A stretch of DNA of 63,994 nucleotides, filler included, from Sanchytrium tribonematis (taxonomy: Eukaryota), in NCBI GenBank assembly GCA_018985235.1. It is 7 parts of 7 records of this genome, joined end to end, with 100 filler letters (N's around TTAATTAATTAA, not from the genome) between each part and the next. Parts side by side here need not be neighbours in the genome. Positions count along the whole stretch, not along the records: positions 50,701 to 63,994 come from JADGIG010000193.1; 6 more parts are not named here. One strand, 5' to 3'. Position 1 is the first letter of the stretch; each line of letters starts with the position of its first letter. Of this stretch, positions 57,140 to 63,994 are shown piece by piece. The translations under genes and the position numbers were made by a program. The notes under the pieces are model-generated. The model searched no databases. It was not told the DNA's origin and was given only the letters and a program-made list of their open reading frames with translations.

Positions 57140-57943
57140 ATGAAATTAATCCCTGCGTGTTCTATTGGCGTTATTGGTGATAGTTATAGTGATATTGGCA
57201 ATGTATTGCGACTCACCCAATCCCAATATCCAAATTCATCCTACGCACATGGTAGATTCTCAGATGGATTGGTTGCAGCGGAATATATGGCCAACAAACA
57301 CCATTGTGAATTAGTAGATTATGCATATGGCCATAGTACTACCAATTCAACACCTGCTTTATCAGAAGAAGGATTTTATGGTTTAAAAATCAATTTTACA
57401 GTCCCGAGTATGCATGCCCAATTGGATAAATTATTAGAATTTACTTGTAATTCTACTCAATTTTCATGGACTGTGGTACAAGGTGGATTTAATGATTATT
57501 TCTATGCGCCTAATATCACTGGTGAATCTGTTGCAACTGAATTATTAAACATGGCAGATCATTTGACAAGTAGCAGCATTCCATTCATTTTATTCACTGT
57601 TGTGGATCCCTTATTACTCCCATATCGTCAATCCAATCCATTATTAGATCCTAAAAAGCCATATACAGATATTTGTATTAAATGGAATGAGTCCATTTCA
57701 ATGGTAAATCAAGGATTAATGGCATCTAAATATGGTAAATATGTATTTGACATCAACAAAGTCATCAAAAGTATCTTAAATCAGTTTAAATACACCAAAT
57801 CCACTTGTTTATCAGCTGGTATTGAAGATTGCAAAGATTACTTGTTTTTTGATGAATATCATTTAACATCCAAAGCACATGGATATATTGCCAATAGTGA
57901 TGCATTAAAGCACATTATAGCATCATTTGGATATAATAAATAG
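57140..57943 (+). CDS. SGNH/GDSL esterase-lipase
   Basis: GDSYSD, GRFSDG, GGFND, FFDEYH. Confidence 0.9.
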   Translation: MKLIPACSIGVIGDSYSDIGNVLRLTQSQYPNSSYAHGRFSDGLVAAEYMANKHHCELVDYAYGHSTTNSTPALSEEGFYGLKINFTVPSMHAQLDKLLEFTCNSTQFSWTVVQGGFNDYFYAPNITGESVATELLNMADHLTSSSIPFILFTVVDPLLLPYRQSNPLLDPKKPYTDICIKWNESISMVNQGLMASKYGKYVFDINKVIKSILNQFKYTKSTCLSAGIEDCKDYLFFDEYHLTSKAHGYIANSDALKHIIASFGYNK

Positions 57944-57950
57944 ATTTTAT

Positions 57951-59687
57951 TCAAAATGTCAACATATTTGACTGTCTATTCTTGATTCTTTTCCAGGGTG
58001 TTTTTGACACAATAAATGCAACCATAAACATGGAAAATAATGATCTCAAGAATTGGAATATGCCCACATTGATTTGATAAGATTTAGATTGGAATTCATA
58101 CAATGCCAATGGCAAAGTAGTCTTGTCAAATTCAATTTTGGATGAATTGGAGAATTGGGGTAATTCGGTGGATGTGATTTGAATGGTAGCAGATGTGGCA
58201 TGTTTAATCAATCTAATTGCAATTGAATTGACAATATTTGATTGTAAAGTGCTAGATGTCAATTTAGTGGATTGTAATTCAGTAAATTCTGATTTTGTGA
58301 ATTTACTCAAAGTAGACACTTGTGGTGCATCAGTCGTTGTTTGACTAGAAGCACCAATAGCATTAGTGGTACTGGTGGTACTGGTGATACTAGTAGTTGT
58401 TTGAATGGGTAATGTCATCATATTGGGTAATGTCATCATATTGCTTGTCACAATAGGTAAAATATACTCGAATAAATTCAAATGTGCGCAAATTGGAAAA
58501 AATGGCACCACATCGGTATTATTCAACATGGGGGTATTTGAAAATGAGCAATAACTTAATTGTGATGTATCTTGAATAGTCACATTGTGAATTAATGTAT
58601 TTTCAATATTCAAAGAAATCGGACGTTTCATATTGATGGATCCAGTTAGAGGTGTACCACTAATTGATAAATCAGTTAATGAATCTGGTAACTGTGGCAT
58701 ATCTGCATTCATTGTACCAAATAGTAATTGTAAGGTTTCTAAATTGGATGGTAAAGTGGGCATTTTACCAGTAAATTGATTAAATGCAAATTTGATAGAA
58801 CGCAATGGGGAAATGAAATTGGGTTGAATATGGAAATAAGTAAGATTTGAAATATCACCAGACATTGAATCAATCTCAATTTCTACCAAAGAAGGGGGAA
58901 GTGGGCTTAAAGATCCATAAAAAGAATTGGAATTTGCAATAAATACCTCTATATTTGGTGGTAAAATGACAGGAGCCACAATTGAATTGTAGTAGAAATT
59001 GATAATACGAGATGCAACTGGAAGTGGATATGTAATTCCTTGTAAAAGATTGATGCAAATCCATAAATTGTAAATACCAGAGGGTAATTTTGGCAAAACA
59101 CCATCAACCGAATTACCACAAAAGTCTAAATCAACTAGAGTATCTGGCAAATTGCTCACATTTCCAAATAATTGATTACTTTGCATATTAAAATGTAACA
59201 AATTTCTTGGCAAATCATGCGGGAAAGTTCTCTTGATTTGGTTATAATTCGCATTGAAAACTGTTAAATTCTTTGGAAGTGTATTGAAATTTGTAAATCC
59301 ATTCGTAGCAACTGATAAATAATCCAATCCATCTGGAAATTGAGGAAGGGTCCCTTTTAATTTATTGTCATCCACAATATACGTCTTTAAAGTCGCAGGA
59401 TATCCAGTTGTAGGTAATGTACCAGTGATCGCATTAGATCCCAAATCCAAACTCACTAATTTGGATGGTAAAAATGCTTTAATGATTCCAGTTAATCCAA
59501 ATCCATTCCAATTGATGCTCGTAATCACTCCAGAGGTGCATGTTACACCAGTGACAGTACCAGTACAGCACTGTGTATTGATTTCAGCCATCACTGTTGG
59601 ATTTACTGTGCCCATATTAAGATTTGTTGCAAATTGCTTCAAATTTTGACAATCTGTCAAAGCAGTAGCAACTGATAAAAGCAACAT
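57951..59687 (-). CDS. secreted/membrane leucine-rich repeat protein with S/T-rich stalk and C-terminal TM
   Basis: Signal peptide, Cys N-cap, LPxxLxxLxLxxNxLxG repeats. Confidence 0.9.
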   Translation of the reverse strand: MLLLSVATALTDCQNLKQFATNLNMGTVNPTVMAEINTQCCTGTVTGVTCTSGVITSINWNGFGLTGIIKAFLPSKLVSLDLGSNAITGTLPTTGYPATLKTYIVDDNKLKGTLPQFPDGLDYLSVATNGFTNFNTLPKNLTVFNANYNQIKRTFPHDLPRNLLHFNMQSNQLFGNVSNLPDTLVDLDFCGNSVDGVLPKLPSGIYNLWICINLLQGITYPLPVASRIINFYYNSIVAPVILPPNIEVFIANSNSFYGSLSPLPPSLVEIEIDSMSGDISNLTYFHIQPNFISPLRSIKFAFNQFTGKMPTLPSNLETLQLLFGTMNADMPQLPDSLTDLSISGTPLTGSINMKRPISLNIENTLIHNVTIQDTSQLSYCSFSNTPMLNNTDVVPFFPICAHLNLFEYILPIVTSNMMTLPNMMTLPIQTTTSITSTTSTTNAIGASSQTTTDAPQVSTLSKFTKSEFTELQSTKLTSSTLQSNIVNSIAIRLIKHATSATIQITSTELPQFSNSSKIEFDKTTLPLALYEFQSKSYQINVGIFQFLRSLFSMFMVAFIVSKTPWKRIKNRQSNMLTF

Positions 59688-59879
59688 TGTTAAAAAATGG
59701 GCGACTCTACTTTATAACATCAATATGAGGATTTTAATTGGTCGAGAAATTAGAATCATCCAAAAATGGCTTTTTTCATCCAATGAGATTAAAAATGGCA
59801 TTTACAACCAATGACATCAAAGATGGCTCAAATGAAGCTCAAAAGACATTTAAAATTCTCCAAGTCAACCCCTTTCAAC

Positions 59880-60616
59880 ATGAATTTTCCCTGCACAATT
59901 GCAGTCATTGGAGATAGTTATAGTGACATCGGCAATGCTTATATGCTCACTGATAAATTTTATCCAACTCAATCTTATTATCATGGTAGATACTCAAATG
60001 ATCTCATTTATGTTGAACATGTTGCAAATTCACTCAATTGTTCCATTGTCAATTATGCATATGGTGGCAGCACACTCAACAATACACGCGTGCAGGGATA
60101 TACTGGCCAATATACAAATATTACAGTCCCTAGTTTGGATATTCAAATGCAGCATTATAAATTCACGCTACACAGTGCCAATTTCACAATAATACAGGCA
60201 GGTGCGAATGATTACTTTTTTAATTCAAATACGACTCATTTAGAAATATATCATTCATTGATGCAATTGGCAAATGTTGCCAGTTCAAATAATGACACTA
60301 AAATCATATTATTTACTATTTTAGATCCATTACTGGTTCCATATTGTCAATCTAATCAACGGGAGATTTGTAGGAAATGGAGTGAATCTATTCATTTGGC
60401 AAATGAATTATTGAAAGCATCCAAATATAAATGTCATCTATTTGATATAAATCATGCCATTTCTACCATATCACATCAATTTAATGATACGGCACAATAC
60501 AATTGCATGGCAAATGGGAATATAAATTGTGATTCGTATCTATTTTTGATGTATTTCATTTGAGTGAAAAAGCACGTTTACTTTTAGCTAATTTGATATT
60601 GTCACATTTCAAATAA
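59880..60616 (+). CDS. SGNH/GDSL esterase-lipase with a frameshift near the C-terminus
   Basis: GDSYSD, GRYSN, AGAND; FDVFH is restored by adding one T to the T-run at 60543..60547. Confidence 0.8.
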
Positions 60617-60773
60617 ATAATCTCAAAATTTGAGAACACGAGTACACACAATGAATTCATCAAACACGTGTTTCATTTTGACAAATCAGGTGATTCACAT
60701 GATATACCTCGTGATTCGAAAATGGCGCCATCTTTTTTTTAAAATGGCATCATACTCTCGCAATTGTATTGTC

Positions 60774-61949
60774 ATGATTTTGCTGTCATTTGCGTTGTGT
60801 GCTCCAGTCAAAATTCATCGAGCAGCTACAGCCGGATTTGCAGCCGCTGCTTCTATTTCCAGTGCTAATGCCTTTGCATTCCTTCCATCAAATTCCTGTG
60901 TACGATCTGCATTTTTAGGACTACAAGTAGACACACCAATTCAATTCTCCAAATCTCAACATACTATGAGTTGTATCGAAGTAAGTCGCAGGGCGGTATT
61001 GGAATCGTTGTTCAAAATACCCATGGGTCTGGCTGTCATTTCTCATGAAAACCCGTATTTTTCATTGTCTGGAGAAGAGCAATCCGAATACATTCACCTT
61101 GTGGGTGATCGTAGAAAGGTCGTGGTATATGTGATTGATAGTGGATACAATGGCAAAATAGATGTTTTTGAAAATCCAGTTCGTGCGGTTGATTTTACTC
61201 AATCATCTCGTGGGCATTTCTTATCTGACACTTGGGATTACGATAAACATGGCGAGTACTGTGCTACTATAATCGGCGGTAAACATTATGGAGTAGCACC
61301 GCATGTAGAAATTATATCACTAAAAGTATTGAAAGATAGAACTACTTCTACCTTAACACTTGCAAGAGCATTTCAATATATTACAAATGATATGAAAGAG
61401 CGGTCTATAAAGCACGCAGTTGTCAATCTGTCAATAGCGCATAATCTGAGTCAATATCCAGAAGAGTTTAAAATTGTAGAAGCATCAGAAGATTTTAACC
61501 TTCTTAAAAAGCAAATGATGACTGCGATGGAGATGGGAGCTGTAATTGTAAAAGGGGCAGGAAATGCTGGGGCAGATGCTTTGATAGCGGATCCAATCAA
61601 TAAGATACCTGGTTTAGTAGTTGTTGGAGCAGTTGACCATGATAATAAAATTGAACCCAATACTAATTATGGGAAAGGAGTGACCCTGTTTGCACCTGAT
61701 CTTATCAGAAAGTATAAATTTGGTCCATTTAAAGCAGATGCAACAGACGATTATATATGTGGTACGTCATTTGCAGCACCGCATGTCTCCGGAGTCGCAG
61801 CACTCTTATTAGAGGCAGGAGTTGAGAATGTACCTGAGGCACTTGTCAAATATGCACGTCATAATGTTATTGATGTGGGATTACACGGTGCGAAACCAAT
61901 TATGGTCAATTCAAATCCAACTGGATTTAAGATACATGTTCGTCAATAA
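60774..61949 (+). CDS. subtilisin (S8) serine protease with an unusual N-terminal presequence
   Basis: IDSG, HGEYCA, AGN, GTSFAAPHV; start chosen by paralog and upstream conservation. Confidence 0.9.
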   Translation: MILLSFALCAPVKIHRAATAGFAAAASISSANAFAFLPSNSCVRSAFLGLQVDTPIQFSKSQHTMSCIEVSRRAVLESLFKIPMGLAVISHENPYFSLSGEEQSEYIHLVGDRRKVVVYVIDSGYNGKIDVFENPVRAVDFTQSSRGHFLSDTWDYDKHGEYCATIIGGKHYGVAPHVEIISLKVLKDRTTSTLTLARAFQYITNDMKERSIKHAVVNLSIAHNLSQYPEEFKIVEASEDFNLLKKQMMTAMEMGAVIVKGAGNAGADALIADPINKIPGLVVVGAVDHDNKIEPNTNYGKGVTLFAPDLIRKYKFGPFKADATDDYICGTSFAAPHVSGVAALLLEAGVENVPEALVKYARHNVIDVGLHGAKPIMVNSNPTGFKIHVRQ

Positions 61950-62098
61950 AACAATTTTCAATAAGGAGAAGCACCTGTTGAAAATCAACCAATCAGATAA
62001 CAATGATTAACAAATGACCCTTCACATGATATGCCATGTGATTGAAATGTCGTCATTTTGTTTTTAAAATGGTGTCATCATGATGACATTGTCAAATC

Positions 62099-63286
62099 AT
62101 GATTTTGTTGCCATGTATTGTGAGTTTGCCCATTTCAACACGTCAAACATTGGCAACAGCATTTGCAGCTACTGTCATTTCTAATGGGAATGGACTTGCA
62201 CATGTGCCTTTGCAACGGCCATTGCAACGGTCTATAGTAACCAGACCCAATTTTTGCACTCAATCCCAATTTTATGGTGTGCAAATAGAGAAATCCTCTC
62301 AAATATCCTGTGATACAAAATGTCAAATGAGTATTGAACAATTGAATCGAAGAGAAATTATTAAAATCATTAGTAACACACTACTTTCATCTGGCATTGC
62401 CATTTCTGGAAATATACAGGATTCATTTGATATGAGACACTCGGACTATGCGCAATTCATTGGAGATGGCACTGGTACCAGAGTGTATACCATTGATAGT
62501 GGATACAAGGGAGTAATTGGAGAATATATTCATCCTGTACACGCTATTGATTTTTCAAACGATGAAGATGGTCATTTATTTCCAGATACATGGGATTATC
62601 AAGGACATGGTGAATATTGTGCATATATTATAGGCAGTAAAGAGTACGGCATCGCACCACAAGCTGAAATTGTATCTCTAAAAGTGATTAACAAGGGTGG
62701 TACATCTGATTGGTCAAGAGCAAAAGCATTTGAATTTATTGAACAAGAAATGTTGAATAATCCCCATATCAAGGTAGTCATTAATATGTCCATTAGTCCA
62801 GATATGAGTCATTGTCAGTATGATCCAGCCAAATGGATTAAATATCAAGAAAATACAGCAGGATTTCAGAAATTGAAGGGGTCTATTGAAAGAGTCTTGA
62901 AATTGGGAGCTATTGTTGTGAAATCAGCTGGAAATAATGGAATAGATGCTTCATTGTCAGATCCAGTGAATAATATTCCTGGTGTGATTGTAGTTGGGGC
63001 TGTAGATCCAAATGGACAAATTGAGTCATTTTCAAATCATGGCAAAAGCGTATCCATGTTTGCACCTGGTAGTGTGCCTGAATATGACTTTGGTGTGCTT
63101 GGAGCACAGAAAACAGGCAGGAATATTTATGGGACTTCATTTGCAGCACCGCGTGTTGCAGGTGTAGCAGCAGCATTAAATGTTGATAATGTTGCTCAAG
63201 TACTTCAAAATAACGCACTCGATATGAAAGGAGAGGGATTACATGGTGCCAAACCGAGAAAACTACGACAAACTCAAAGAAAATAA
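62099..63286 (+). CDS. subtilisin (S8) serine protease, tandem paralog
   Basis: IDSG, HGEYCA, SAGN, GTSFAAPRV. Confidence 0.9.
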   Translation: MILLPCIVSLPISTRQTLATAFAATVISNGNGLAHVPLQRPLQRSIVTRPNFCTQSQFYGVQIEKSSQISCDTKCQMSIEQLNRREIIKIISNTLLSSGIAISGNIQDSFDMRHSDYAQFIGDGTGTRVYTIDSGYKGVIGEYIHPVHAIDFSNDEDGHLFPDTWDYQGHGEYCAYIIGSKEYGIAPQAEIVSLKVINKGGTSDWSRAKAFEFIEQEMLNNPHIKVVINMSISPDMSHCQYDPAKWIKYQENTAGFQKLKGSIERVLKLGAIVVKSAGNNGIDASLSDPVNNIPGVIVVGAVDPNGQIESFSNHGKSVSMFAPGSVPEYDFGVLGAQKTGRNIYGTSFAAPRVAGVAAALNVDNVAQVLQNNALDMKGEGLHGAKPRKLRQTQRK

Positions 63287-63498
63287 AATCAATTTGCAAT
63301 CATTGAGATATGTCTCGTATTTCCTAATCTGACTATTTCTCGATCTTCAACTAATCAGAACATTCCCGTCTCACTCAAATCGACCCAATATCCTCATAAA
63401 TGGCTTTTATTCACCAATCAAATCCAATGGAAAATTCGCAGTAGTTTCTTTAAGAATGTTCTATTGACTATTTAAGCAGAATCTTCCCCAGTAGTTCA

Positions 63499-63994
63499 AT
63501 GAACTCAATTGCAGAATGGGATACAGAGATGGATAGTCAACTAGATAGTCTAGAGATGCAAACAACAACGATGCAAAGAATGAATTGGCATGTGGATGCT
63601 TCTAGTAGTGTAGACCCAACTAGCACATTGAGAACATCCATGTGGGTGAGTTTATCATCTTCAGATGTACCAGCAATGTCTACATCTTTGAGTACATCTT
63701 TGAGTACCATTGCGGAAGCATCAAAATCATCAGAAATGATAGCGAATAGTCAGATTACGCAACAGAGTGTCATGCAGTCCCAGAATACGCTACAGAATAT
63801 GCAAGAGAATACCCAGTCTCTTCAAAATGTTGCCTCAAACAATGCAACATCCTCCATTCCATCCAATTCATTTGTTATTGGGACCCAAATGGATAGTTCG
63901 GACTATTCCATCAACTGGACAGAAGAATACCAAACTATAAAACCAAGTAAATCCATGAATGATGCTCAATATACCCAATTATGGTCATCATTTG
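63499..63994 (+). CDS. S/T/Q-rich hypothetical protein, runs off window
   Basis: Open frame MNSIAEWDTEMDSQLDSLEMQ... to the edge. Confidence 0.55.
   Translation, partial: MNSIAEWDTEMDSQLDSLEMQTTTMQRMNWHVDASSSVDPTSTLRTSMWVSLSSSDVPAMSTSLSTSLSTIAEASKSSEMIANSQITQQSVMQSQNTLQNMQENTQSLQNVASNNATSSIPSNSFVIGTQMDSSDYSINWTEEYQTIKPSKSMNDAQYTQLWSSF

Overview
AT-rich, very gene-dense eukaryotic DNA. It is probably from an early-diverging fungus; the LRR family and compaction suggest a sanchytrid-like algal parasite, but that is inference. The window is seven unrelated contigs joined by artificial N44-TTAATTAATTAA-N44 linkers. It holds housekeeping genes (PMC1-type Ca-ATPase, CaMK-like kinase, UTP11, NiCoT nickel permease, TTD14-like, pyroglutamyl peptidase, a divergent SUN protein), a transposon graveyard (about 17-31 kb), and tandem arrays of secreted or accessory genes (35-64 kb). 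Four observations stand out. (1) Three GT-AG introns of exactly 19 nt, two of which repair broken reading frames. (2) Five tandem genes with signal peptide / prodomain / basic cleavage site / hydrophobic helix / helix-Cys loop-helix / C-terminal TM, resembling class I fusogens or pore-forming protoxins, with a shared upstream motif. (3) Two subtilisins whose N-termini look like stramenopile plastid plus thylakoid (twin-arginine) targeting presequences. (4) A cluster of kinases and pseudokinases with signal-peptide-like N-termini around a PL14 lyase. All calls come from reading motifs by eye; no searches were run.
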